63,995 nt of DNA, filler included, from Collodictyon triciliatum (GCA_043381765.1; 15 parts of 15 records of this genome joined end to end with filler, not necessarily neighbours in it), one strand, 5' to 3'. Numbered from the whole stretch's first letter, positions 1 to 13,297 are shown. Numbers and translations are program-made. The notes: generated by a model from the sequence alone, not told the origin.

Positions 1-135
1 GTCACACGTTTCGGGACACAGAGTATTTCCTCTTACTGCGACAGATGTAAAAAGAGAAAGCAATGTCCATAATAGCAGAGTCGGCCAAAACATCCGAGCG
101 GCAATTTCACTGGGGCGGCGAGCAGGAGAAACCAT
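1..135 (-). CDS. 5' end of a probable secreted protein (partial, runs off the window start)
   Basis: Minus frame from ATG at 135 (or 93) reads MVSPARRPSEIAARMFWPTLLLWTLLSLFTSVAVRG-NTLCPETCD, a signal-peptide-like hydrophobic stretch followed by a Cys motif. Confidence 0.45.
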   Translation of the reverse strand, partial: MVSPARRPSEIAARMFWPTLLLWTLLSLFTSVAVRGNTLCPETCD

Positions 136-1578
136 GATCGCACTTGGAATCAACACCCTGGAGAGAAGCGAGCTTAAATATAAGTCAATGTTTCTTCCTT
201 TGATAGTGCTTTTATATAAAAATATATATATGGTATAAAATATGTATTACAAAAACTCGTGGCTAGGCCGTACCTTTTTTCGCGAAATACCGATATAACA
301 ACTGGCTTGGTAGGGTGCGACTATTGGTTGATGTGAAAGGAGGGGGAATCTATAAGTCGCGTTTGCTTTGCTGGAAGGCGCTGTTCCTGTGGTTGAAGAG
401 GAATAATTGTTGTGGGTGCTGCGACTGGGATGGCGCTTTGCTTGTTTTCTTTGGTGACTCATTCTGCTCGTGGATTGTTGATCAGCTGATTGTGATCAAA
501 GTTGTGATGCGATTACCTTAGGATTGATTCAAATGTTTGAAAAGGTTTGTAACGTCTCCCAAATTAGTTAATTTTCTTTAATCAATCTATGTTATTGAAT
601 TGTTATATAAGAAGTGCGTCAACTTGCAATTATATATTGACATCAATAATATTTAATTATTATAACTTGACACTTTTATTATAAAGCAATCTCATATTTA
701 TTGAATATTGAATATATTAATATATTCCAAAATTGGAACTATATTCCAGATTTGTATGTTAAACACTTTTCGGAGCGCGATCTCTTCGTACTTAGTCGTT
801 GCTTGGCTGCCGCCCACCACCTCACGGAAAAGAGCAACACATTTTATGGTCGGCCTCGACCCAGCAGAGATGAAAAGAAGAAAAGAAGTTGAAAAGAAAA
901 GAAAAGAAAATAAGGCAAAAGAAAAAGGAAACAAAAAGTACCAACCAAAATATATAGGTAGTGATATAGCGTCGGGGATTATCTCCCAAAAAAAAACCCC
1001 CACTCACGGTCCTTTTTTCTGGGTGAAATGAAAGCCATATGACTTGTTGCTGGGGAAAGAGGGTTGGAGAGGAAGCAGAGCCACTTGTCAGTTTGGCTAT
1101 TCACAAAACAAAATCAGCCTTTTAATAAGCTTAATTTTTATCCCTGTTACTTTTATACACGATCTTTTTATCTATTTTTCGCACAATTTCTTTATGTCTG
1201 CCTTTGTCTCACGTTTCGCGGTTTTTAGCATCTTGAAGTTATTCTCCCTTTGAGACTTTATACAACCCAAAGTCATAAGTCATTTCCACAAGAAACTTAT
1301 TTTTGTGCAACTTGTAACCAATGTTTTTTTCCTTTATTCGACTCAAGGGAAGGAAGGGTTTTTAGATTATTTTTTTTTACAGTTCGACATAGTTTTATGC
1401 GTCTTGAAATTTATAACCAATGTTATACTTGCATGATTTTTCTTACAAAAGGAAAGCTCCAAGATAAATGCTGCTATGTTCTAGCTTTTATTGAATGTAT
1501 TGGAATGTAAAATGTCTCAATTTTATTTTACTTGTCAATAGAGACAGTACTTGGAAAGCATAGCCCGTAAGAAACTGA

Positions 1579-3308
1579 ATGAAGGAAGTTTTAATTAAGC
1601 GAGTCTATCCCATCACATTCCAAAGTTTGTGTGATGACTTTGTCATGAATGACGATTTTCGCGCAGAATACCACCGTGTTTTGGGTCATTCAGGTATATC
1701 ACGTTCCATCTGTACTTCCGAACATACTTTAGTTTCAAATAAAATAGTATTCACTCTCAATTTGTACAATTACAGACTTCCTCCTATTTTCCTTTTTTTT
1801 CTTCTAGCGGAAGGGGGCTGTTTATTTAAGGGGGATTATTTGTGATTGTTTGTTTCCTGTCAAATTTCAGATATAATGATTCGTCCATGGGGAGCGGATG
1901 ACTCCAGAAGTGTCGACTTTAAAACTCCTTTCGATGCCCCTGATGTTGTGAAAAGAATACTTGGACTTGGTATGTGTCCTTTTACAAATCCATTTTCTGT
2001 TCCTCGTTTGTATGGTTTTTTTAAAAATGATATATTTCTGAGGGGATGGCCGGATATGTAATGTATGATCAATAATAACGATAATCATAATCACTCTCAA
2101 ACTTGAATAAATTTCTATGTGATTGGCCTTGTGATTTTTCCTTTCTTCTATTTTAGGGAAGGGGTTTTGTATTTTAAATTTTGTAATTTAAAATTACTTT
2201 GATCATATTCCAAAGGAAAATCAGCAACAACAGCAGTTGTTCAAAAACAAAAAGTTGAAAAATCACCCAGGTATCAGCGTTGGCATCACATAGTTTGATT
2301 GCCTCTTTACTTGCATGGTCATGTTACCCTTCTTTCTATTTTTGCTACTCCTATATATTAATATCATTATAATACAACCACATTCGTATCTATTTTGGTC
2401 CCTATTAACTTTATTTATTGATCAGTGAGCTGTCCATTCATATTGATACTATTTTGAGCGGGGTGCCCTTGGCTGAAAATTTTTGTATGACTGCTACTAT
2501 GTCATGCAAAGCAATGGTAACGACGATACACATGTTCCACGAAAATATCCTATTTGATGGATGAGAGGCGATTATATTGATTATTGTAATTTAAACTAAT
2601 AAAAAAATGTATATAAACAATTGATTGCAACTCAATAGGATGCCAAATCCGAGTTGTCCTTGCTATGTAGATGCAATTTTACTGGAAAGCTCCCTGGGGC
2701 CAAAGGTGACAAAAATGTTTGGAAAATTATCGTCTTTGGCATTTTTGCTCTTCAAACTCTTTTTATTCAAAATTTTGTGCGCTACTTCTCTTTCAGCCTT
2801 AACAACTGCTTACTTATTATAAATTCGTGATATTAACAGGCGTTGGATAAGGCAAGAACATCCATTTGTGTCTCTTTTTTTTTAAAAAAAAAAATTATAG
2901 GCAAAATTGAAGGTCAAATGGAAACAGATTCCAAATTCTCATGGGGACGCTATTTCGACTTGATATCTGAAAGAATCCCTGGCTGTGATATACCAGTATT
3001 CTTACCTTAATACAGGAGTTCAAGAGAACCTATTTACTACAATTTTATTTGAAACTTAAACTTGGATATGAACTGAATTCACATGCCAAAATATTTGTAC
3101 ATAGGCAACATCGTCATTACCCGCTCTCCCTATGAGTGAAATCGATGAAGTAAGTTTCTTAAATTTATTGAATCGGTATATTGACATTCTCAATGTCCAG
3201 AAGAAAGGACTACCATAATTAATCCAATCTGCGTATTTTCAATTCACACACCTTGCTTGCTTTCACTTTCCTCTATGTTCTTTATTAATTTCCTTATATT
3301 ATTTTTGT

Positions 3309-3400
<92 letters not shown>

Positions 3401-4009
3401 CACCTCTTTATTCTTCGGGTGACTCAATGGTTCCTTAACATCTGGAAAACCACACCAATCTAATGAACGGGTAAATCTCATCTAGACATCATCTTCGAGA
3501 AATCGATCCCAAACAGACCTGGCTAGCTTAAAAAGAGAATCACATGTCCCTGAGTCGTCCAGTGGAAATAGTTATGGTAGCGTGAAGGAAATACCAGGGA
3601 AATCAGGCCCACAAAGAGAGTTTCCTTGTGAAACATACAGCACGAGAGACTTTCAAAACGACCCTAGACGGCACTCATCATTTGTCCCTCCAACATTTAG
3701 TAAATTAGAGAATACAGGTAAATACATAACAATCATATAGCAATTAGTTACATCAATTATATTAACGATAATCGTAATAATAATCATCGGTTTTATTATT
3801 ATTATTTTCTGTACACATGAAACATTTTATCATTTGTTGGTTCCTTCTCTGTAGTAGAACACCGAACATATCAATATCCCTTATTATTCTAACATATATC
3901 CAACCATCCTTTATATATCGTCATAAAAACAGATTCCCAGAAGGACATGTACTCTGATGCTATTATGGGCTCATTCAAATATGCTTTGGATGAATGTGAA
4001 AAAGAAAAG
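1579..4009 (+). CDS. VASt (StART-like lipid-binding) domain protein, multi-exon, 3'-partial
   Basis: GT-AG splicing joins in frame: MKEVLIKRVYPITFQSLCDDFVMNDDFRAEYHRVLGHS|DIMIRPWGADDSRSVDFKTPFDAPDVVKRILGL|GKSATTAVVQKQKVEKSP|SELSIHIDTILSGVPLAENF...|GKIEGQMETDSKFSWGRYF. The pattern (PW..R...F.P, VP..NF, KIE) resembles VASt. A Ser-rich region follows. Confidence 0.7.
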
Positions 4010-4117
4010 GTAAGTACCAAGATATGAATACTGTGCTTTTTTTTTTTTTTGGTAGTGTTGCTTACGTCGCTATTTATTGTCCTTGCATCAACTCCCCTCA
4101 TCTCTCCCTCTCTTTCC

Positions 4118-4185
<68 letters not shown>

Positions 4186-4285
4186 NNNNNNNNNNNNNNN
4201 NNNNNNNNNNNNNNNNNNNNNNNNNNNNNTTAATTAATTAANNNNNNNNNNNNNNNNNNNNNNNNNNNNNNNNNNNNNNNNNNNN
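4186..4285. other. Artificial contig linker N44-TTAATTAATTAA-N44 (first of 14)
   Basis: Identical 100-nt linkers start at 4186, 8469, 12751, 17030, 21309, 25587, 29865, 34142, 38418, 42692, 46966, 51239, 55510 and 59780. TTAATTAATTAA puts stops in all six frames. Confidence 0.99.
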
Positions 4286-4701
4286 AGGGTGTGGGTGATG
4301 CCCAGTGTTTCTCCCCACCGTTGATGTTTTGACTTTTTGTAGGGTGTCGGCGGCGATATTTTGTATCGAAAGAATTTGGAGTAGGCCGTAGCCATCGAGA
4401 ACTGCATAGACTGTACACCGTTAGACGAGCTTTTGCTCTGTTTTTCATTTTTAAAAAAAATCCAGAAAAGATGTCACGAGACGATTTAGGCTATTCAGTC
4501 GTATTGTGCAAAAGCGTTCGTTTTTCAAGACAATATCCATAATCAACCACCCAGAAACCGAAAAGTAATCACGACAACAAGCCGATAAATCGATCATTTT
4601 GTTGAAAAAGCTGATCTGTCAAACCTTAAGGCGTCCCAGAGAAAAACATAACCACTGACGACGCCAAACAACTAACCCTACAGATCAGACGACAAGGCAG
4701 C

Positions 4702-6366
4702 ATGGAGAAGAGCCCCAAAGAGCACACGGCAGAGGAACTTGGCTTTCTAGGTGCGGGAGATGGCGAAGGCCCAGACTCCGTCGGTCGTTGTTCTAAAAAG
4801 GTCTCACATGACTCTGGGGAAACAGAGGAGCCTGGGAACAATCCTCACTTTCACCCAATGGTGACTCACAATCAAGTGTTAAAAAGATATTCTTTGAAGA
4901 GTGCCGATGAGAATAACGCTATACCAGGGAATATAGTTGGCAACCATCCCAAAGAAGCCCACCCCAATCCGATGCAAGGGGGTTCGCCGCAAATGCACAA
5001 TAACCTACAAACAAGTCCCTCTCCAGAGGGGGCTCATGATATCTTGTCATGGCCCCAGCTTATTCGCACTGCTATAAGCCTTTGGTTCCAGATTCAACTA
5101 CAAACATGCTCGATTATTTTTGTTGTAGTCTGTTTCATGTGCGCTTACTACATCCCAGCGAGGGTTCTGGAAAAAAAAGAACTCGATAATATCGTTGTGC
5201 TTCTATACGAGACAGTAAGAAGCTACATTCGAAGAGTGGCATATTACGTACCGATGTCATTAATTTTCGCACATATATTCTCTTTCGAGTTTTCTAAAAG
5301 AGCGATCTGTTATGTCATTATTCCGTGTATGGTTGTCGATTGTTTGGCAAATCTGCTATTAGGAGTTGAAAACTTTTGGGCTCTCTGCATCACAAATGTC
5401 GCAGCCTTCCTAACTGGCACTTTAAGTTTCTATTTCGTGAAATCCTTTCCTCGGCCCAAAGAAATAAAGCAGGCCCAGGAGAGCTTCTTTTGTCTGACAA
5501 AAGATGGGACTCCATATGCTTTGGCAAAGGGACTCATTGGATTTATGGCCATTGTTGGTCTCTTCATGCAAATATACGTACCATTCATGATTTCACTTCC
5601 GCTATTCGTTCAGGTCATGAGCCGGTTGTTTGTCTTCCCCCTGATATTTTTCATTTCAAAGACGTATCAGATTTACGTAATATTTGACTTATCAGATACT
5701 CACATGGAAAGGAGGCTGGTAGTTAATTGCATCGTAAGTCTATACATCAACATTGTTGGAAGAATAATTCTGTCAAACTTTTCCTCGAATGGGAGCAATG
5801 CAGGGCAATTCATAGTGGTTAATCTGCTTGTGAGTGCGACCAACTTTATTGCTACTGCCACCTTTAAGAAGAGAACAGACTACGCATACGACATGATTGT
5901 ATGGCTGCTCCATTTGATTTCTTCCAGAGGGTGGGGCAAGTGCGCTGCTACCGTAATACCGTTGCAGCATATCTACCCTAACCAAGACCACCCCGCAGCC
6001 GCCCTGGATGATAAGAAGTCATATGTAGAAAAACATATGTTCATTCGCAACATGACACTTTTTGAGGACATGGGCTACGAAATCGTTGCAATTGTTATTG
6101 CCCCGCTGCTGATGTATTTCCTTTACCCTGTCTACCCAGAATCTTCTTTCAATACCGTATCAAACATCCAACAATGCCTTTTTCAAATAGCCCTGCAAGT
6201 TGTTGTAACTTTTATTGGAGATATATGCTCCCTTGTCTTTGAGATGAGGACAGGGAAGCTGGCTTGTAAAAGAAACGATGCTGCCGTAAAGCTCAACCAC
6301 AAGCTGATTACCGTCTTCTTCACTGTATTTGGGGTGGTGTATACTCAATACTATGTTTCCCTATAA
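4702..6366 (+). CDS. Intronless multi-pass membrane protein of unknown family (554 aa)
   Basis: Single long ORF with a disordered N-terminal ~115 aa, then roughly ten hydrophobic segments. No motif recognised. Confidence 0.75.
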   Translation: MEKSPKEHTAEELGFLGAGDGEGPDSVGRCSKKVSHDSGETEEPGNNPHFHPMVTHNQVLKRYSLKSADENNAIPGNIVGNHPKEAHPNPMQGGSPQMHNNLQTSPSPEGAHDILSWPQLIRTAISLWFQIQLQTCSIIFVVVCFMCAYYIPARVLEKKELDNIVVLLYETVRSYIRRVAYYVPMSLIFAHIFSFEFSKRAICYVIIPCMVVDCLANLLLGVENFWALCITNVAAFLTGTLSFYFVKSFPRPKEIKQAQESFFCLTKDGTPYALAKGLIGFMAIVGLFMQIYVPFMISLPLFVQVMSRLFVFPLIFFISKTYQIYVIFDLSDTHMERRLVVNCIVSLYINIVGRIILSNFSSNGSNAGQFIVVNLLVSATNFIATATFKKRTDYAYDMIVWLLHLISSRGWGKCAATVIPLQHIYPNQDHPAAALDDKKSYVEKHMFIRNMTLFEDMGYEIVAIVIAPLLMYFLYPVYPESSFNTVSNIQQCLFQIALQVVVTFIGDICSLVFEMRTGKLACKRNDAAVKLNHKLITVFFTVFGVVYTQYYVSL

Positions 6367-6550
6367 AAAAAAAACAGCGCATTGTGATCCTGCTGGTCAA
6401 AAGAAATAAATAAACTACCACTTGCTGCTCAAGGTCTTCAGTGTTTATCTTTTCCTTATTCTTTCTCGTTTCGTTCTAGTTGGTTCCTTTTTTCGACAAC
6501 TAAAAAAAAAAAAAAAAGGAACGGTAAGGACTCAAGAATCACAACAACGG

Positions 6551-8240
6551 ATGGCCGCCAGCAATCCCGAAGCGATCGACCTCGACTTCGACGAGCCCAA
6601 AGCAGTACCACACTCAGCCGCCCAAACAGAGTCTGCAAGCAGCCGAAGGAAGCGCCCGACTGGGCAGACCAAAGACGTGTGTGGTCATGCCGAGACACAA
6701 GAAGAGGCTCAGGAAAAGGGAGTGGGCAGTGAGGCCGAAAAAGAGCACAAAGCAAGCCAGGATGAAGAGGCAAGCGAGGATGAAGAGGCAAGCGAGGATG
6801 AAAGCGAGGACGAAAGCGAGGACGAAAGCGAGGACGAAAGCGAGGACGAAAGCAGAGAAGAGAACTCTGGCGCAGAGCCTGCTGTCAAAAGAGAGACACC
6901 CGAGACAGGCGAAGCGCCCATCGTGACACCAGCCCAGAAGAAGCTCCAGGAGTTGCGCGCAAGGATGGTGAGTACATTCTGATATGATTCTCTATTTACC
7001 ATCCCTTGCCTCATACGAAACTGTTGCGCAGCTCAGTTGTGTTGATAGTCACGCACGGATGTTTACAGCACCGATGCATTACAAATGCAAAGAAGAAGAA
7101 AAAAAACTGTTCCGTGTCTCACTGTTCCCTTTGTTTCCTTGTTCCCACACACATCAGCTGAAGGCGCGCGATGAAAACAAAAAGGATGTGATTGAAGAGT
7201 CCAAGCGACTGTCCGACACACCGGCCGCAAGGAAGGAGCGGCAGAGACAAGCGTGGCGTGAGCGGCAAAAGGTTCGTCGTATGTACTGTGATGATTTGGG
7301 TGTGTGCTTTGAGTGCAGTGATGTCTCCTGTTTATGTGCTGGACTAAATACGCAATTTACCGCCAGACAGAGCAGGAGGAGCGTGAAAAGCGAGGAGATA
7401 TGCCACTAGAAATGGCACAAGCTATGCACGAAACCGTTGAAGAGAAAGAGTTGAAGCAGAAAAAGAAAAAGAAAAAGAAGGACCCTTCCCACAGCTATGC
7501 CAGTAAGTCCTGTCTTTTGGTTGGGTTTAAAACATACAAGCTTTTGCACTCACATTCTTCCTCTTAAAAATGCACACAAATCATGTGTTGTTTGGCAATC
7601 GTATGTGTACAACGGATTTTGGCTATATCATCTGGTTTCCCTCCTTTTCATCGTTGGTTCTTGCTTTCCCTATGAGCTTTCTTCTATATCTAATGCACCC
7701 ATATTATTACGCGTATATGTACACGACTGTAGTATACAACGGAGAGGCTGATTACAACCGCTACAAGAAGCGTGCAAAACGTGTGCCATACACAAAGGAA
7801 GAATACGAAGCCATGAAAAAGGAGTATGAGCAAAAAGGAATGACAGGAATGTTTTATGGAGACCTTCAAGACAACACCAATATCGGACGATTTGCTGTTG
7901 CTGATGACGAATTCAACAAAGACCTGATGGCTGAAGAGCTTCGGATTCAGTAAGAATATGGATAGATGCAATATTAGCTCATTATTGCATCGATGATTTG
8001 TTTTTCACTTTAGTATGTCTCTGCTGATAAACTTGGACAAATACGTTCAATTCACATATTTGCCAACTTCTCGTCATCAGGTTTATGAGACACAAATTTT
8101 GCTCATGGATATTATAATATAGGGAAACGAACCGTGCAGCATTTAGCAGACGTCGTCCTATTTCGGAAAGAGAGACTGTTACATACATCAACGAACGCAA
8201 CCGCGTGTTTAACAAGAAAGCGTCTCGTGCGTATGACAAG
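6551..8240 (+). CDS. SYF2: Pre-mRNA splicing factor SYF2, multi-exon, 3'-partial
   Basis: Spliced product contains KLQELRARM|LKARDENKKDVIEE...YNGEADYNRYKKRAK...DLMAEELRIQ|ETNRAAFSRRRPISERETVTYINERNRVFNKKASRAYDK. FSRRR...VTYINERNxxFNKK is the SYF2 signature. There is an acidic N-terminal (ESED)n repeat. Confidence 0.93.
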
Positions 8241-8568
8241 GTTGGTGGTTTGCCTAATTTAATTTATCAGTATATTTTTGACTGTGTAATATTAGTTATC
8301 TATGGGCAAGTACTATTTTGATTTCTTTCTACTTTTGTTTGGTTTTTGCTTTTTGCTTTTTGCTTTTGCGTTTGTTTTTGTTTTTGTTTTTGTTTTTGTT
8401 TTTGTTTTTGTTTTTGTTTTTGTTTTTGTTTTTGTTTTTGTTTTTGTTTTTGTTTTTGTTTTTGTTTTNNNNNNNNNNNNNNNNNNNNNNNNNNNNNNNN
8501 NNNNNNNNNNNNTTAATTAATTAANNNNNNNNNNNNNNNNNNNNNNNNNNNNNNNNNNNNNNNNNNNN

Positions 8569-8668
<100 letters not shown>

Positions 8669-8780
8669 TCGTGCGGGTGTATCCTAAGAGTTTTAAAACA
8701 TCGAATATCCAAGTCCCATTTTTTTATTCTCCATTCCAATAAAAAAAAACCACTTGGCACGCGGCTTTGTGAATCCAACC

Positions 8781-9269
8781 ATGCTGCTTTCGTCCACTCG
8801 TCGATTTGCGCTTCAAACTCCACTGCTTGTTGGGCTTCTTCTGTCGCTGCTTCTGCCGCTTGCCTTCTGCGCGCAGCCAAACGCCCACGCAATTCAAGCC
8901 AATATGGCCGATGCTGCACCGGAAAGTAACGTCCCTGCGCAGGAGCGCACTCTGATCGATGCTTGGATCGTCGCTCGGAATCTCAATGAGTTTGGAGATC
9001 CGCGTGGCACAATGTACTTGGGAGGTGAGTGCCTCTTCTCATATGCACCTTTGCCATGTGTTCAACTTTCATCCTTCCTTCCCACTTTTTTTTTGTTTTT
9101 TTTTGTTTGCTATAATCACAATATGAAACATCTCCCTCTCTTCTCTCTCTCTCTCTCCTCAACCCAATATCACGCAGGAACGCCATTGTTCAACGAAGTC
9201 ACAGGCGAGTCCACGGAGCGCTACGAGTTCATTGTACGATCTTTTCCTCAGCGACCATGGGCGAATTAG
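8781..9269 (+). CDS. Small secreted protein with motif LNEFGDPxGTMYxGGTPLFNE (one intron, 9025-9177)
   Basis: Signal-peptide-like LLVGLLLSLLLPLAFCA. Removing the GTGAGT...CGCAG intron gives IDAWIVARNLNEFGDPRGTMYLGG|TPLFNEVTGESTERYEFIVRSFPQRPWAN*. Confidence 0.8.
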   Translation: MLLSSTRRFALQTPLLVGLLLSLLLPLAFCAQPNAHAIQANMADAAPESNVPAQERTLIDAWIVARNLNEFGDPRGTMYLGGECLFSYAPLPCVQLSSFLPTFFLFFFVCYNHNMKHLPLFSLSLSSTQYHAGTPLFNEVTGESTERYEFIVRSFPQRPWAN

Positions 9270-9716
9270 ATATGGCGTGTGAAAAGGGTAAAGAAGAATA
9301 ACTGTGTGTGTATGTGTTTACTCTGCGCACAGCATAAAGTGTTGCCCTGGCAAACATAAAAGCATAGTCGAGAGAAGGCGATCGTTTCTGGCTGTCATAG
9401 TAGGAGATAGTTGGGAGTGAAGGCGCCAAGAACGCACATATTATATAGCTTTGCGGGGTGGTTCACAAAACCATCTTCCTTTTTTCTTTTTCCCTTTTTT
9501 ATGGAGTGGTATTTTTGTTTCGTTTCTCTGCTCTTTGTTTCTGCGTTGTGTGTATGGAAGGAGAGTGTATTGTGTGCGTCTCGTCTTGCAAGCAGACATG
9601 GCGCATGAAGTGGGAAGCTGAGGGGGTCACATGATACACAGTTGTCTGGGTGGATTGAGAATGAGTCGTCAGATTAGGACACGATCGACTTCCAAGCGCG
9701 TTCTGCCAGCAGCGAG

Positions 9717-11637
9717 ATGAATCCGGCGGGTGATCCATACCAGGTACCTCAGCTTCCAAGGTCTCGGTCGCCTTCTAAGCGCTCCGATGGGCTGTGAAAA
9801 AAATAAATGATTAAAGAAGAACGATATGTTGAAAAAAAAGAAGGAAATGAAATGGAATAATTTTCTTTTTATTTTCATTCTTTTTTCTTTTTCTTTTCTT
9901 TTTTCTTATTTTTTCTTTTCTTTTGTCTTTTCTTTTTCTTTTTCTTTTTCTTTTTCTTTTTCTTTTTCTTTTTCTTTTTCTTTTTCTTTTTCTTTTTCTT
10001 TTTCTTTTTCTTTTCTTTTTCTTATTAATATGTTGCTGACCTTGACCACTTTGGGTTTTCATCAGAGAGCCGATGCATCCAACCAAGTGTACCCATCCGC
10101 TCCCCAATCTGCACCAAACCAACCGTATCCACAAGCTTTGTATGGGCAACACATGCAGCATAATCCGAATGCATTTCCTTCTCCAAACAATCCATACATG
10201 CCTGGCTATCCTTATCAGTATGATGCATATCAGCAGAACATCGCCCAGGCCTTTATTCCAAACCCCGGACAAAATCACTACCATGGCATTCCTCCGCACA
10301 TGAATGGTCACGTAGGGAATCCAGTAAATCCTGCAGCACCAGAAAATACACCACTGCCACCATTTGACTCGTTGTATTCAATATACCCTGGTAGCCATCG
10401 TTATAACGGAGTCCCGCAAAATCCCATTCAAAATCCCATTCAAAATCCCATGCAAAATGTGTCACAAACGCGTCCAGTATCCAACTCTGATATACCACTT
10501 GCAGCAAGTGAGCAACTTGCACCGGATTCACAGGTCATATCCGCATCTTCACTAAAATGTAGGTGTATTTAATTACATATCATAGGGTATTCAAATAATA
10601 TATAAAAATAAAAAAGCAATCCAAGAAAAAAAAGCCAATAATCAAATATCTGCTTTCGATCTTATAAGTTCCAAAAGTTTTTCTTTTCTTTGGTTTTTTT
10701 TTAAAAAAAAGTAGCATTATAGACTTATCGATGATAACTATTTTTCAATAGGAACGAATATATGTCCTATTAGATCTAAGTTCATTTCTGTGCTTTATTG
10801 TAGTAATATTAGATGAAAAATATGTTCCGATCGAGCAGTTCAACGAGATGAAAGATAAGATGGAAAAACAGAATGCAGATTTGAATGTATGTTTATGATG
10901 TTCTCTTTACGTTACCCCAACACCGGGCTGTTTGAACAATTTTTCTTTTATCAGGAAAAGGTCGACTCACTGGTGGAAGTTGTTCGGATTCTAACTGGTC
11001 GATTACTCAAAACAGAGATAGAAACTTCAGTTCTGGTGCGGGAATCCACAAGTAGGCGCACTTTCACCCATTTCTTCAACTCTCTTTTATCATTAACTTA
11101 GTCACCAACCACACGCACACGATCCAATTATTTTTAACTATACAAATGACTTTTCGTTTTATTCAATGAATACACCGTCCTCTACAAGTGTTGTCCATGA
11201 TGCTCCTCATATCAACCTCCGTCGAAGAAAAATTCTCTTTTTTTTTCTTTCTATTTTCCACCGCCATCGTGATACTGTATCAGGACTCACTACACCCAAT
11301 AGACTTTTCTGAATCAATCAAGTATGATTCGGCCAGCCAAGCATCGCCCATCACAGATTTTAAATCAGTCGCACCTCCGAGCCTCCCAACAATATCGAAA
11401 CCTGCCGCAGATGTTCGCCCGTCTCCGACACCACCGAAGAAGCCTGAAACGAAACCTGCCCCACCAGCACCAAAAACAGAGTCGCATCTCAAAGGCGGAG
11501 ATATAAGCATTCTGCGAGAGGCAACAGGCATGTCTGATGCTGAAATCTTGAAGATGGCAAATGACATAACCGCCGAGAACGGAGAGCCCGCCACCGTCTC
11601 TCAAATAGCTGAAAAGTACTGGTCCAACATGCAATAG
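9717..11637 (+). CDS. Pro/Gln/Asn/Tyr-rich protein with a central coiled coil and a short C-terminal helical (UBA/CUE-like?) domain, multi-exon
   Basis: Exons MNPAGDPYQ|RADASNQVYPSAPQSAPNQPYPQ...|EKYVPIEQFNEMKDKMEKQNADLN|EKVDSLVEVVRILT...|DSLHPIDF...PPKKPETKP...ISILREATGMSDAEILKMA...KYWSNMQ*. Confidence 0.65.
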
Positions 11638-13297
11638 CATTTTCGGCGTCCAAAGAACGGGAACGTGGTTAGCCGCGACTACCAAATCGCTGTGGCGCCA
11701 CCGAAAGACGACAATGTCAAAGACTTTGTTATTATGGTGATGGCAAGACAATAAAGCAGACTCACAACCTTCTCCCATATCATCAGTTTTATTATCCATT
11801 ATTAAATTAGGCAGAACTCTATTAAATTATAGAGGTAGTAGCAGTAAAAATAAAAAATAGATGGTGATAGCATTTGACTCAATACCTTGGTTTTCGTGGG
11901 ATATGCCCTTCAGCCCAAACGCATCCTGGTGTAGTGCATCCGGCCCTTAGAGCAGAGGCCAACGAAAAGAACAATATCTATTTGCGGAAAATAGAATGTA
12001 TCTAATCAAATCGATCACAATTGCGACATAGAGCCACTATGCATCCAATTATATATGCTTATGACTCACTGTATTATCTTTGATATATTAGAAACGGTTT
12101 AGTATCTTTTCCATGGAATACCACAGCGATCAAAATACAAACAAACCACAACTGCGCGATGAAGCAGAAAAGCTCGATCAGAAAAGTCAATTACAGAGGG
12201 CAAGAACCGAGCAAAAAAGGGGGCTAAGAAGAAGAAAAAGGAGTCGAGACGGAGGAGTTGCGTCAATGTTCTAACAGCCTCTCTTCCGCACTTTTCAACT
12301 AGCAGAATAGTCGAGGACAAGTCACGATAACCAACGATGTCTTCGAAATCCAAGGTTTGTTTAAAGAAGGACCAATCAATACAAAGACCAATCGACTCTT
12401 TCTTTTGCAAGTTGCGTTTATGACACGAAGGTCCTTCTCTTCTGTACTTCCATACAGAAACGTCTTCAAAGTTTTTTTTTATTTTGGTTTACTTTTATTT
12501 CCGTGTACTCATTGGCTAAGGCTTTGTGGATTACAACATGGCGAGCCAACATATCCTTCTCGATTTCCTTGCGATTATCATGCGCAGTTTCCTGATAACA
12601 ACCGAGACCTTGATTTTTTTCCGTCTTGTTGGTGGTATCGCCTAAATGCCTCCAAGTATCCAATGAAAAAAACCATAAAAAAACCATAAAAAAACCATAA
12701 AAAAACCATAAAAAAACCATAAAAAAACCATAAAAAAACCATAAAAAAACNNNNNNNNNNNNNNNNNNNNNNNNNNNNNNNNNNNNNNNNNNNNTTAATT
12801 AATTAANNNNNNNNNNNNNNNNNNNNNNNNNNNNNNNNNNNNNNNNNNNNTTTCTCCTCCTTTTTTTCTTTTTTTTTTTTTTTTTTTTTTTTCATTCCAT
12901 TTTTTTATTGTTTTCATTTGATTTGCTTGGTATTCATTTGCGTGATCAAAGTCCGCACCGATCCATTGCCACAGAAACGCGTTAGCAAATGCGTTTTTCC
13001 AAGTGTGGAAATTATAGCGTACAAACCACTGCCTTATGATTCATCCACGGGCTGCGGTTCACACCAAGCAGATGCCCGCTTTTTATTTTTGTGTGGATAG
13101 ATGAGAGAAGCTGTCAGAAATATGCGCAATCTATTCGATTTCCAGCACAGGTCTTTTATTCATGTGTACCCAGATGGATGCTGTGTGACTGAGGCCCCAT
13201 TGAAAGCGATTGAACTTTTCCCTCTTTCCTTTATAAATGGATATTGAGTCTGTCGCTTTTGGTTCCATTTTTTTTTTTCGAGTGCTGATATATCGGC

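Noticed and set aside
4230-4241. Recurrent palindromic TTAATTAATTAA at a regular ~4.28-kb spacing
   Set aside because: Artificial linker flanked by fixed N runs, not biological.
9811-10311. Many ORF-track entries with poly-F, KR, LF or Q runs
   Set aside because: They are translations of intronic microsatellites or antisense shadows of real exons.
11920-11975. GC-rich stretch with an A-box-like TGGTGTAGTG, possible tRNA or SINE
   Set aside because: No B box (GTTCRA) or cloverleaf found.
12337-12640. Possible gene start MSSKSK... near the contig end
   Set aside because: Exon phases are ambiguous and no motif was recognised.
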